A DNA stretch of 64,000 nucleotides from Nitrospirales bacterium (lineage in GTDB: Bacteria > Nitrospirota > Nitrospiria > Nitrospirales > UBA8639): NCBI GenBank assembly GCA_965223295.1, contig CBDCWC010000002.1, positions 305,101 to 369,100 of the forward strand, read 5' to 3'. Shown here one piece after another: positions 16,830 through 26,569 of this stretch; positions within the stretch are counted from its first letter, which is position 1, and each line of letters starts with the position of its first letter. A program made the translations under genes and the position numbers. The notes below the pieces were generated by a model. The model had not been told where the DNA came from and ran no database searches. It saw only the letters and a program-made list of their open reading frames with translations.

Positions 16830-19520
16830 TTGGATATTCTGGAAAAATATTCTTTGATGGGTGATGATTTCAATCGAGTGAAGTATCTCCTGCTATTCTT
16901 GCTGGGAGTTTTCTGGATTGTGATGCCAATGTCTTCTGCTGCAGAAGAGTGGCCGATCAAAGAGTTTAAGGTTATTCGCAATAACCCATCTCCAACGACC
17001 TGGGCTGATGTTCAAACTGCAAAACTCCGTGTGAAATTAGGCACGTCTCCTCAAAAGTATGCCGATGCCGTAGAAGCCCGATACAACTATGAACAAAGTA
17101 ATTTTAGTAAAAAAGTGTCCTTGGCCACGGCGCAAGAAATTGAAAAATGGTTGCACGCGGTGGCGCAAGCCTATGAGGATATGGGCTTTCTGAACCCTCA
17201 CTATGGCAATACCAGTATGGTTTCTGGCCAAAAGAAATTCTTAGTATACGTGTATCCTTTTTACGATGCGTATGCGGCATACAATGGGATTTGTGCATCT
17301 AATCCCAAGACGCACATTCGAATAGATTCTGTTCGCAGTATTAAACCCGATGGTTCCCTGACCGCCAAAGCTTATCAAGATATTGCGCATGAACTCTTCC
17401 ACGCCGTTCAACATCGGTATGATCTATTTTCGAAAAGTTGTAATGTCGGTGAGTGGATAACTGAAGGGACTGCCGAAGCCGTTGGCATAGAAATGGCCAG
17501 AAAGTTATATCCGAAAAAAGCCCCGTACACCATCTGTCAAATAGGAAAGCGTTTTTACAACCAAAGACTTTACACGAATGCTGGCTCAAGTGTTGGTGCA
17601 AGTCCTCCCTGCCAAGAAGCCAAACTTGACTATCAAGCACTGTCATTTTGGCAATTTTTAGGAGAATATGCCCACAGGAAGTTTATGGGAGACTATGCCG
17701 AGAAGGGGTATCTTGCGACGGAAGAATTTGTCCCACCAGACTTTCGTTATCTCCATAACTTTTTTAGTAGAACCCACAGCATGGGAAGCCCTGCGAAGGA
17801 ATATGTCTGGCTGAATAAGGTTCTCCGGCAAAATAATCGGTACGGGAAACATCAATTTGGCATCATACTTCATACAGCCTACTCCCGATTTGTGGGAACC
17901 TTTGCATCATATTGGAAAGAAAAGCGAATGAGTCGATATCCTGGTGCTGTGGGAGGGGCCAGCCAGGCAGCTCAAGAAGAGAAATGGATGAAATGGATTT
18001 TTGGAGCCTGTGCACCGGTGATTGTCAATAAAGGAGCTTCCATTCCACCAGTGACATTGGCGATCGGACCAGTTGCGGCTCAATGTCTTAAGATGACCTT
18101 TAATGGCTTTGAGAAAGATGAACGAGTTGGGTTAACGTTTTTCGCATCGGGAGACAACCAGAGTATCGATCAGGAATCACTCGCGATTAGTACAGATGGA
18201 GGGAAGAAAATTATTCGCCGACATCCTGCTGAACAAGTGGCGGACAGAATTGGGAAATTCCCCAAAATTGCTGCCACGACAGACCCTCAATATTTCATTG
18301 TTTCAAATGTGGCCAAAAAGGCTGCGACCACGAAGGCCATTGAACCTGTTTTGACGATTGTTCAGGAAAGTATTTCCACCAACTTAGCTAAAGAAAAAAA
18401 AGATCCAGAGGATCCAGACCCATCTGAAAAGCAAGAGCGTGAACATGCCAGAAAGTCACGGAGCTGGAAAGGCCAGGCTTGGCAGGATGATCGGAGGACA
18501 TGCAAAAGGCCATTTGAGGCTGCCCCGTGTGGCCGAACCACTAACCTTCACTTGAGTCTCGTGCCTGACACGGCCCACCTTCTTGATACGCTGAAAGAAC
18601 CCTCTATGACCTGGGAACGGAAGTTTCGCATGTTTGACGATGTAGTTCAAGATGGAGGCGAATCCTTTGTTTCAGATTATTTGGATGACCTGTATGAGAT
18701 CCAACAGCAAGATGGATGGGAGGTAAATATCATCATTTCCCAAATCCAACCTGGATTTACAGGAACCATTTCGAATGCCCATATCCAGGTGGCCAAAGCT
18801 GTTCCTCAGCGTGGTAGCTATAAGGCCTTAGGGCCTTGGGCTGGATCTTGTACAAAGGGCTATCGCCCGGCTACCGGGCAAGTCATGATTGAGGAGTTTT
18901 CAAAATATGTGTTGAAAGGAACTTTTTCTGCACAATTGGTCGATAGCAAGATGTTTGAGCCCTGTCAAACAGCTCCTATTGTTCAGTCTGATGGGGGACC
19001 ATTCAGCATTACCGAGATAGGTGGACATCTGAACATCGATATACCGCCACCCTCAGACGAAGCGATCATCGATCGGACTATCGAGGATACGAACGAGCTC
19101 TTGCCGGACTTGATTACTGATGATCTGCGGGAACATATTAAGGAGAAAGCCAAACAAGAACGGGAAAAGCAGAGACAAGAGAAACAGGAAAACTCGTCTA
19201 CGAAAAACGGGACAGGTTCGATGCCATCATGTGATTGCCAATGTCATATGGAGAAGACCTATTGTGAGGCGGATCCGACATCACGTTGCTGCCAAACTTG
19301 CGAACCTGTTTTTTTAATGTGTAATGGCAATAAGAAAGGGCATTCGGATCCTGTAACAGCCGATGACGTTCGGGAGATGCGGAAACAGTATGAAGCCTAT
19401 CTGGATGCTCATGGAATGGCGGGAATGGCCGATATCAAACAGCAAATGATGCAAGCATTCGATGAGATCCCAACAGCCGAAGAGAAGCGCATGTTCATCA
19501 AAGTTCTCCCCGAGAAATGA
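16830..19520 (+). CDS. Large secreted protein with gluzincin-type Zn-metallopeptidase motif and Cys-rich C-terminal module
   Basis: Signal peptide; AHELFHAVQH followed by WITEGTAE; C-terminal CDCQC..YC..CC..C..C cluster. True start likely 16857 or later. Confidence 0.7.
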   Translation: MDILEKYSLMGDDFNRVKYLLLFLLGVFWIVMPMSSAAEEWPIKEFKVIRNNPSPTTWADVQTAKLRVKLGTSPQKYADAVEARYNYEQSNFSKKVSLATAQEIEKWLHAVAQAYEDMGFLNPHYGNTSMVSGQKKFLVYVYPFYDAYAAYNGICASNPKTHIRIDSVRSIKPDGSLTAKAYQDIAHELFHAVQHRYDLFSKSCNVGEWITEGTAEAVGIEMARKLYPKKAPYTICQIGKRFYNQRLYTNAGSSVGASPPCQEAKLDYQALSFWQFLGEYAHRKFMGDYAEKGYLATEEFVPPDFRYLHNFFSRTHSMGSPAKEYVWLNKVLRQNNRYGKHQFGIILHTAYSRFVGTFASYWKEKRMSRYPGAVGGASQAAQEEKWMKWIFGACAPVIVNKGASIPPVTLAIGPVAAQCLKMTFNGFEKDERVGLTFFASGDNQSIDQESLAISTDGGKKIIRRHPAEQVADRIGKFPKIAATTDPQYFIVSNVAKKAATTKAIEPVLTIVQESISTNLAKEKKDPEDPDPSEKQEREHARKSRSWKGQAWQDDRRTCKRPFEAAPCGRTTNLHLSLVPDTAHLLDTLKEPSMTWERKFRMFDDVVQDGGESFVSDYLDDLYEIQQQDGWEVNIIISQIQPGFTGTISNAHIQVAKAVPQRGSYKALGPWAGSCTKGYRPATGQVMIEEFSKYVLKGTFSAQLVDSKMFEPCQTAPIVQSDGGPFSITEIGGHLNIDIPPPSDEAIIDRTIEDTNELLPDLITDDLREHIKEKAKQEREKQRQEKQENSSTKNGTGSMPSCDCQCHMEKTYCEADPTSRCCQTCEPVFLMCNGNKKGHSDPVTADDVREMRKQYEAYLDAHGMAGMADIKQQMMQAFDEIPTAEEKRMFIKVLPEK

Positions 19521-19538
19521 CACATGCTACAAATAATA

Positions 19539-19555
19539 AGGGGTCAGACACGAAT
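19539..19555 (+). repeat. 17-bp direct repeat, copy 1
   Basis: AGGGGTCAGACACGAAT, identical at 21233-21249. Confidence 0.75.
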
Positions 19556-19680
19556 TAATGGACTCCAATTTTGTCCCTAACTGTATAACGGGAACAACGT
19601 AGTCTCTAAGGTGCGAGAGGACATGGATCCTTAAGCGTTTCATTTGCTTGCTCTCATAGGTATCCATAGCTTTTGAAAAT

Positions 19681-19995
19681 TCAATTGGTACGAGTTTTGG
19701 TGCATCCCTTCGTGATCTGTGAGAGTTTGTCCATAAATGCATCGTGGTTCTCTCCGAGTTGGGAAACAACTTTTCTATCTCCTTGCATGAGCGCCAACGC
19801 CATAGCTTGTTCTTTGGGCGACATGATCTCATTGGCAGTTGCTTGCCCACATTCGCAATTCTCTGGCGTATCCTTTTTCTCTGCAATACAAAAGTTTTGT
19901 AATGAGTCATGCTGAGATATGTTCGAACCCAGGGCATATGTTCCGAGGCTGAGATTGCCTACAAATATAGCACACCAAATACAAAGTAATTTCAT
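19681..19995 (-). CDS. Small secreted Cys-containing hypothetical protein
   Basis: AAAGGAG RBS, signal-like N-terminus, C-x10-CxC...C pattern. Confidence 0.6.
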   Translation of the reverse strand: MKLLCIWCAIFVGNLSLGTYALGSNISQHDSLQNFCIAEKKDTPENCECGQATANEIMSPKEQAMALALMQGDRKVVSQLGENHDAFMDKLSQITKGCTKTRTN

Positions 19996-20139
19996 GATGA
20001 CTCCTTTCTTCTAAGGGTGATTTGCTACATTAGTCATTTTCCGTTTTCTTTTTAGAAAGAATTTCTCGTTTCCTCACCTCCTTCTTATTCGGATTCTCCA
20101 AACCTAAGGGTTTTGGGGTGATCTGAGTGAGCATATTTG

Positions 20140-20175
20140 TATCTTTTTAGATATTGACTCGTATCTAAAAGGATA
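20140..20175. promoter_or_regulatory. Tandem palindromic sites, candidate enhancer (UAS)
   Basis: TATCT-TTTT-AGATA, 8 nt, TATCT-AAAA-GGATA; 22-bp spacing, about 125 bp upstream of a -24/-12 motif. Confidence 0.5.
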
Positions 20176-20296
20176 ACATTTCTATCATTTGCTGTTGAAT
20201 CAGCCTATGTATTCCAGACCTCATGCATGGTAAACGTTCCAAGAAAATAGAAAGTGTTTCAGTAAATTCTCTGGATATGAAGAAGGAGGTTAGCTT

Positions 20297-20312
20297 TGGT
20301 ATAGACCTTGCT
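20297..20312 (+). promoter_or_regulatory. sigma54 (-24/-12) promoter
   Basis: TGGTATAGACCTTGCT = GG-N10-GC, 57 bp upstream of the REC-PAS gene. Confidence 0.7.
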
Positions 20313-20368
20313 TTAATTTCTATTATTAGATCCCTTGACAGTTTCTTGCTTTCGAAAACACATCAAAT

Positions 20369-21214
20369 ATGAAAACCCATACTTTCTTACATCGAGAGGG
20401 AAAGCATCGTCTCTTCCCTGCTTCTTCGCAATCGTCCTCTCTTCTTATTGTTGATGATGAGCCAGATGTTGTGCTCACGTTGCAGGATCTGTTTAAAGGG
20501 GAAGGCTATCAAGTTGATGTTGCCACGAATGGAGCCGATGCTTTAGGGCTGGTCAAAACATGTGTATATGACGCAGTGATATTAGATATTCGGCTTCCTG
20601 ATGTTGATGGCTTGTTTGTTCTTGAAAAGATGACAAAAGTGGTTCCCGGGCTTCCTATTATTATCTTGACAGCCTGTACGACCCTAGATTCTGTGGTTGG
20701 ACCACTTGAAGAACAGGGTGCTTTTGACTATTTGCACAAACCGATTAACCGTCAGGCGATTAGGACGGCAGTTCGCCATGCTCTGAAGGCTCAGAGACTA
20801 GCAAAGAAAATCGAACAGGCTCATCATGCTTTGCAGGAAAGCGAAGAGCGATTTCAGGCGGTTTTTCATGCGGCGATTGATGCGATTGTGCTAGCCAATC
20901 ATCAGGGGCTCATTATGTCTTGGAATCCTTCAGCGGAAGAGATGTTTGGCTATAAAGCCGAAGAAATTTTTGGAAAATCTCTGACGCTTATCATGCCACT
21001 CCGGTATCGGAAGGCTCATGAGGAAGGGATGAAAAGAATTCAGGCAACGGGTGACCCCCGGGTCTTACGAAAAACCCTTACCCTTCATGGATTACGAAAA
21101 AACGGAGAGGAATTTCCCATTGAACTGTCCTTGAATTCTTGGATCAATGGCCCGCATCCCTGCTATTCAGGATTTATCCGTGACATTTCCAAGCGTGAAA
21201 GTCAACCGATGTAA
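20369..21214 (+). CDS. Response regulator receiver + PAS domain protein
   Basis: LIVDDE, ILDIRLPDVDG, IILTA, YLHKP; then PAS (WNPSAEEMFGY, GLRKNGEEFPIELS, FIRDIS); no output domain. Confidence 0.85.
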   Translation: MKTHTFLHREGKHRLFPASSQSSSLLIVDDEPDVVLTLQDLFKGEGYQVDVATNGADALGLVKTCVYDAVILDIRLPDVDGLFVLEKMTKVVPGLPIIILTACTTLDSVVGPLEEQGAFDYLHKPINRQAIRTAVRHALKAQRLAKKIEQAHHALQESEERFQAVFHAAIDAIVLANHQGLIMSWNPSAEEMFGYKAEEIFGKSLTLIMPLRYRKAHEEGMKRIQATGDPRVLRKTLTLHGLRKNGEEFPIELSLNSWINGPHPCYSGFIRDISKRESQPM

Positions 21215-21232
21215 TATGCAGATGATAATACT

Positions 21233-21249
21233 AGGGGTCAGACACGAAT
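21233..21249 (+). repeat. 17-bp direct repeat, copy 2
   Basis: AGGGGTCAGACACGAAT, identical to 19539-19555. Confidence 0.75.
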
Positions 21250-21338
21250 AAACTCTTTCTTCCCTTTATTTTCTATGTGAGCCGTTACATTATTTTATGT
21301 GACGCTCAGTTAGAAGGGTGTCAGAAGTGGGTATCTCA

Positions 21339-22145
21339 TTACTGAATCGTTTTCGATTCTTTGACATCCAGCCAGTCGCGGAGCCAGTCGCCGAGAAGAT
21401 TAGCGGCCAGCACGACTGCCATCAGTGTCAGACCAGGAATCAAAACCAGGTGTGGTGCCACCAGCATATAGCGGGTGCCATCGCGGATCATGCTTCCCCA
21501 TGATGCTTCAGGTGGTTGAACACCTAACCCTAAAAAAGACAAGCCTGCTTCGGCAATGATGGCGCTGGCAACACCAAAGCTGGCTTCGATGAGGAGGGGG
21601 GCTGTGATTAAGGGAAAGAGATGGTGCCACATGATACGCCAAGAGGAAGCTCCTAACGCTTGCGCGGCGATTACGTGATCAGCATGTTTGAGGGCCAACA
21701 CCTGTCCGCGCGCAAGTCGTGCATAACCTACCCATCCAACGATGACCAATGCAAAAATCACATTCTCGATCCCGGGTCCAAGGGCTCCTGCCAAAGCAAT
21801 GGCTAGTAGTAAACCAGGGAAGGCTAACATGATATCCACAATTCGGACGAAGATCTGATCCACCCATCCACTGAAGTACCCGCTTGCGATCCCTAAAGTC
21901 GAACCAATCATGAGACCTAATGCCACAACGCTAATAGCCACGAAGAATGAAGTGCGAGCTCCGTTCATGAGACGATCAGCTATGGAGCGTCCCAGTTCAT
22001 CAAAACCTAACCAATGGAATAGGTCAGGTCCTACAAGGATATGAGTCAGGTCAATCCTGTTGGGTGTGAGAGGGAGGAGAGGCTGCAGGACAGCAACGAG
22101 ACCCCATATGCTGATAATACTCAGTGGTAGCCACAAACGTATCAT
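21339..22145 (-). CDS. Peptide/nickel ABC transporter permease (DppC/OppC family)
   Basis: HWLGFDELGRS, GARTS, EAGLSFLGLGVQPPEASWG; ATGA overlap with upstream permease. Confidence 0.92.
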   Translation of the reverse strand: MIRLWLPLSIISIWGLVAVLQPLLPLTPNRIDLTHILVGPDLFHWLGFDELGRSIADRLMNGARTSFFVAISVVALGLMIGSTLGIASGYFSGWVDQIFVRIVDIMLAFPGLLLAIALAGALGPGIENVIFALVIVGWVGYARLARGQVLALKHADHVIAAQALGASSWRIMWHHLFPLITAPLLIEASFGVASAIIAEAGLSFLGLGVQPPEASWGSMIRDGTRYMLVAPHLVLIPGLTLMAVVLAANLLGDWLRDWLDVKESKTIQ

Positions 22146-23071
22146 GAATGGCGTTGCCAATTGATGCGCGGGTCGAGCCAGGCATATAGCAGATCAGTTG
22201 TGAGGTTGACCAGCACGTAGGTGAGGCTGATACAGAGCACGGCGGCTTGAACAACGGGGTAATCGCGTTGTTGAATGGCTTCAATCACAAGGAGCCCCAA
22301 TCCAGGCCATGCAAAAACCGTTTCCGTAATTACGGCGCCGCCCAGTAAGCCTCCCAGTTGAAGACCGAGTAGAGTGAGGATTGGTAAGAATGCGTTAGGC
22401 AAGGCATGGGTAAACACCGCTTGTAGGGATGAAAGGCCCTTAGCCCGAGCAGTCCGGAGAAAATCTTCTCCTAAAATTTCTAAAAGCGTACTTCGTAGCA
22501 TGCGTGCTAAAATCGCGGCCATGGCAGTGCCTAGAGTTAGTGCTGGTAAGAACACGGCATTCCATCCTTCCTGTCCGCTGACGGGAAACCATCCCAGCCA
22601 AAGACTGCCGACCAGAATCAAGAGCGGTCCCATCCAGAAATTTGGAATAGACATTCCTAATAGGGCAAATCCCATAGCCCCATGGTCATAAATTGAATGC
22701 TGGCGAATGGCTGCTAAGAGGCCAAGCGGGAAAGCCATAATCCCCGCGACGACTAAGGCCGCCACGCTGAGATGGAGTGTTGCAGGGATACGTTCGAGAA
22801 GCAGTTCGAAGATGGGACGGCCGGAGAATAATGAATGGCCAAAATCAGCTTGGGCTAGTCCCGTAAGATAATTCCACCATTGTTCGTAGAGGGGGAGATG
22901 GAGCCCTAATTTTTGACGGAGGGCTTCACGGTCTACGGCCAAAGCTGCCTCACCCAACATGACATCAACTGGGTCACCCGGGATCAGGTGAATCAAAAAA
23001 AAGACAAGACTCAACACTCCGAGCAAACCCACCAACGCACTGCTGATTCTTGTCAGAATGAAATGAGACAT
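22142..23071 (-). CDS. Peptide/nickel ABC transporter permease (DppB/OppB/NikB family)
   Basis: LIPGDP, RTARAKGL, GGAVITETVFAWPGLG, RDYPVVQ. Confidence 0.93.
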   Translation of the reverse strand: MSHFILTRISSALVGLLGVLSLVFFLIHLIPGDPVDVMLGEAALAVDREALRQKLGLHLPLYEQWWNYLTGLAQADFGHSLFSGRPIFELLLERIPATLHLSVAALVVAGIMAFPLGLLAAIRQHSIYDHGAMGFALLGMSIPNFWMGPLLILVGSLWLGWFPVSGQEGWNAVFLPALTLGTAMAAILARMLRSTLLEILGEDFLRTARAKGLSSLQAVFTHALPNAFLPILTLLGLQLGGLLGGAVITETVFAWPGLGLLVIEAIQQRDYPVVQAAVLCISLTYVLVNLTTDLLYAWLDPRINWQRHS

Positions 23072-23132
23072 CGTGTGATGGAGGATCGGCCGACGTTGTT
23101 GTTGCGCAATAGGGAAGAATGGTCAGTCATTA

Positions 23133-24656
23133 TTATGAGACGTTGTCCATAACTATCTGAGCTGAGAGTCTTGCTTCAGATGCCCATTTGATATCTAACA
23201 GGCCGTCGTAATTACCATCAAATTGGAGGGAATAGCCCTCAAGCGCATTACTTGACACCACATAATGATCTTCATACCAGAGCGGGACATAGGGCAAGGT
23301 CTCCAAGAGACGGGCTTGCAGAGCTTGGTAGAGTTCTCGCTGCTGGCTGGGTTCAGTCGCATGTTCGGCTGTTGTGATCAAATGATCGGTTTGTGAATCG
23401 GCATAATGCCCTCGGTTTGCCCCTTGTGGAGGAGTGGCCTGGCTATGGAAAACATGCCGGAAAATATCAGGAGTTTTCAGACCGACCCATGCCAGACTGT
23501 ACATTTGAAAGCGTCCAGTTTTGATATCACCATAAAATGTGCCCCAGTCATGACTGTGAATCGACACGTCAATGCCAACTTGCCGGAGCTGATCTTGAAG
23601 GATCGTGGCTAAACGTAATCGAAAAGGGTCCGTTGAAGTTTTATAGATGAGTGTGGGGCGTTGCTTACCTTTGAATCCAGCTTTCCGTAACAGCATTTTG
23701 GCTTGAGCTGGATCGTACGAGTACCCTTTTAAAGTAGAACTGCCGAGCCAATGATCGGGTGCAAACAGTGCCTGAGCTGGCCGGGCTCGCCTTCTTAGTA
23801 CCAACTGGAGAATGGCTTCACGATTGATGGCATGGGCAATGGCTTTCCGTACCAATAGGTTCCCCACAATTGGATCCTGATGATTAAACCCAAGATACGC
23901 AAACTTTTCTCCCTGGCGCTGGGCAAGTCTTAGGGAAGGTTGCTCTGCAAGATAGCTGACCAACTCAGGGGGGAGATCATTCTGGAGCAGATGAATTTCT
24001 CCAGCCAGCAGTTTCAGGGCTCGTACGGTTGGGTCGGGTACGCGCAAAAATTCAATATGTTGGTTATCGGTTCGGCGTCGGAGTGTGACCCGAGTGTCAT
24101 CTGGTCTTGCCTCTAAAAGAAATGGTCCACTTCCGACGGGTTCATCGTGAAAAGAATGCTTTGAAGCAATAAGGTTTGCCGGCAAAATGCCGATAATAAC
24201 ATAGCCAGGAAATAATGAATCTGGATGCCTCAAGTGAAAGTCCACAGTCGACTCTGAGGGGGTATCAATTTGGCGAATCGTGTAGAGAAGCCCTTGATGC
24301 GGAGAGGGGGTCTCTGAATCGATTAACGACATATAGGTTGCCTGGACGTCTCGAGCCGATAATCGTGTGCCATCAGGGAATGTGGGCCGGGGTTCGCGGA
24401 GAGTGAATCGATAATGTGTTGGCGTAAGAACTTCCCATGTTGCAAGGGAAGGAATGGGGCGAGCATTCTCCGTAAAATCGACTAGGCGTGAATAGAGGAG
24501 CCGATTGATTCGGCCTGATGTCGCATCGGTGGCATAGCGAGGATCGAAATTTGTGGGGGAGTTGGCAAGGCCGAAGCGAATGGTGAGATCAGGGTTGGCT
24601 TCCGTGCAGCTCAAGGCAAAGGAAAGGAAGATCAAGAAAAGCCAGAAATGCATCAC
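23133..24656 (-). CDS. ABC transporter substrate-binding lipoprotein (family 5)
   Basis: Lipobox-like ALSC, FDPRYATD, PVGSGPF, VRKAIAHAINRE, YDPAQAKMLL. Confidence 0.9.
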   Translation of the reverse strand: MMHFWLFLIFLSFALSCTEANPDLTIRFGLANSPTNFDPRYATDATSGRINRLLYSRLVDFTENARPIPSLATWEVLTPTHYRFTLREPRPTFPDGTRLSARDVQATYMSLIDSETPSPHQGLLYTIRQIDTPSESTVDFHLRHPDSLFPGYVIIGILPANLIASKHSFHDEPVGSGPFLLEARPDDTRVTLRRRTDNQHIEFLRVPDPTVRALKLLAGEIHLLQNDLPPELVSYLAEQPSLRLAQRQGEKFAYLGFNHQDPIVGNLLVRKAIAHAINREAILQLVLRRRARPAQALFAPDHWLGSSTLKGYSYDPAQAKMLLRKAGFKGKQRPTLIYKTSTDPFRLRLATILQDQLRQVGIDVSIHSHDWGTFYGDIKTGRFQMYSLAWVGLKTPDIFRHVFHSQATPPQGANRGHYADSQTDHLITTAEHATEPSQQRELYQALQARLLETLPYVPLWYEDHYVVSSNALEGYSLQFDGNYDGLLDIKWASEARLSAQIVMDNVS

Positions 24657-24824
24657 GGTATCTCAGTCTTTGGGTAAGGGCTTGCTGTGAGAAAGCAAAT
24701 TCTTAATGGACTTGGAACTATTTCTGTAATTTTACAAGTATAGCCGATGTCAGGGAAGAGAAAAACGTGTATTGGAGGAATTCCCTATCATCAGGCTGCA
24801 TAGCATGAATAAAGGAGAGCAGGA

Positions 24825-26249
24825 ATGAGCCGTACGATTACCCTCCCTAACTATGGAAATGCCACTGATGAAATCATGGCCAAGAAAAATGATGAAACCC
24901 CTGTTCAGGAGGCCGCAGCTCCCAAGCCTCTTCGCAGAGTGACCAGCCTACCTGCTCCTACCTCGATAGCTGAGACCGGATTGCCGGAAGAACTACTCGT
25001 GCAATTGTTAGTACGGACGTTGTTTACGCAGGGAGAGCTCACCGAGAAGACTGCAGGTGAGATTATGAAACTCCCCCTTGGTGTGATGAAGGAACTATTT
25101 GCGCTGGTTCAGCGAGAAAAATACTGCGAGATCAAAGGCCATGGGGAATCGTTAGGTGTCTTGCTTCGCTATGTACTGACTGAATCTGGTCGTGAGCGAG
25201 CCAAGGGCTATATGGAGTTGTGTCGGTATGTGGGGCCAGCACCCGTGACTTTAGACGAGTATGTGACGATGATCAAAAATCAGCCGGTTCATGACCTCAC
25301 GATTGATCGACAAACCGTGACCTCCACGACCGAGCATTTGGTGCTCACGCCTGGAACGGTTGACCAAATTGGTGAGGCGGTCAACTCGGGTTGGGCGATA
25401 TTTTTGTATGGGCCTCCTGGAAATGGGAAAACAGTGTTGGCTGAAGCCATTGGGAAAATGTTGGAATCGGTTGGAGGTGGAGAAGTCTATATTCCTTACG
25501 CCATAGAAATTGATGGGCAAATTATTCAAATATATGACCCGATTACGCATGTGAAGGTGGATACGCCTCAAGAAGAGTCCCGTTCTTTGATTGAAGCTAA
25601 AAAGGAATACGATACTCGTTGGGTACTCTGTAAACGTCCCATTGAGTTTGCTGGTGGTGAGTTAACCATGGCCACTCTTGATTTATCCTTTAACCCTTCC
25701 GCAAAGTATTACAAGGCGCCGCCACACATCAAGGCGAATGGAGGGGTATTTCTTATTGATGACTTTGGCCGCCAGTTAGTCCGTCCCAGAGATCTGCTAA
25801 ATCGCTGGATTGTCCCTTTGGAAAAACGAGTCGACTACTTGACCTTGCATACAGGAAAGGTTTTTCAGATTCCTTTTGAAACCATTGTCTTGTTTGCTAC
25901 AAATTTAGAGCCGGCCAAGCTGGCGGATGAAGCCTTTCTTCGCCGTATTCGGAACAAGGTATACATAGCCGATCCGACTCCGGAACGTTTTAAGCAGATC
26001 TTTGAAGAAGTGTGCAAGAGAAAAGGGGTGCCTTTCGAAGAAAGTGCTGTTGACTATCTCCTTAAAGACATTTACGAAAAATATCAACTGAACATGCGGA
26101 GTTGTCACCCTCGGGATATTTTGGAGCAAATCATTAGTATCGCGAAATTTAATAGTGTGCCACCGAGTTTATCTAAGAAGTTCATTGACCGAGCCTGCCA
26201 CACGTATTTCTTTGTGGAGGCAGCCGAGTACGAACAAAGTTCAAACTAG
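24825..26249 (+). CDS. AAA+ ATPase of unknown function with N-terminal winged-helix-like region
   Basis: Walker A GPPGNGKT, Walker B FLIDDFGRQ, ATNLEP..LADEAFLRRI. Confidence 0.85.
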   Translation: MSRTITLPNYGNATDEIMAKKNDETPVQEAAAPKPLRRVTSLPAPTSIAETGLPEELLVQLLVRTLFTQGELTEKTAGEIMKLPLGVMKELFALVQREKYCEIKGHGESLGVLLRYVLTESGRERAKGYMELCRYVGPAPVTLDEYVTMIKNQPVHDLTIDRQTVTSTTEHLVLTPGTVDQIGEAVNSGWAIFLYGPPGNGKTVLAEAIGKMLESVGGGEVYIPYAIEIDGQIIQIYDPITHVKVDTPQEESRSLIEAKKEYDTRWVLCKRPIEFAGGELTMATLDLSFNPSAKYYKAPPHIKANGGVFLIDDFGRQLVRPRDLLNRWIVPLEKRVDYLTLHTGKVFQIPFETIVLFATNLEPAKLADEAFLRRIRNKVYIADPTPERFKQIFEEVCKRKGVPFEESAVDYLLKDIYEKYQLNMRSCHPRDILEQIISIAKFNSVPPSLSKKFIDRACHTYFFVEAAEYEQSSN

Positions 26250-26297
26250 AGACGTTTCCCTCTTCTCATTCTTTTCTCACGCCATAGTCCTCTTTCC

Positions 26298-26334
26298 AAG
26301 GACAGAAGGAGGAGCTTCCTCCTCGTCTGTCCTT
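26298..26334. terminator. Long hairpin downstream of the AAA ATPase, possible terminator
   Basis: AAGGACAGA-AGGAGG...CCTCCT-CG-TCTGTCCTT; no clear T tract. Confidence 0.4.
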
Positions 26335-26569
26335 ATCGGTTCAATACCACCACACCTCTGTCTGAGGAATCTAGAATGCAGGATTGGCCGATCCTTTTTT
26401 TCGCCTCGTGGCCTGATCTATGGTAGTCTTTTTTTGCGATTAGCAACTAGAGTAATCGTTGTTGTACCCGAATAAGAAAACGCGTTTCCTGTACTGATGA
26501 AATTTTTTTAAAAAAATTTCAGTAGGTGCCCGCATATTTTCTGATCCGTATTCTTATGGAGAACTTGTT

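Noticed and set aside
19527-19937. 136-aa minus-strand ORF
   Set aside because: Overlaps 19681..19995 in another frame; the latter has the RBS and signal-like start.
13878-19995. Integron cassette array
   Set aside because: No attC-like RYYYAAC...GTTRRRY hairpins between the genes, several genes nearly abut, and there is no intI.
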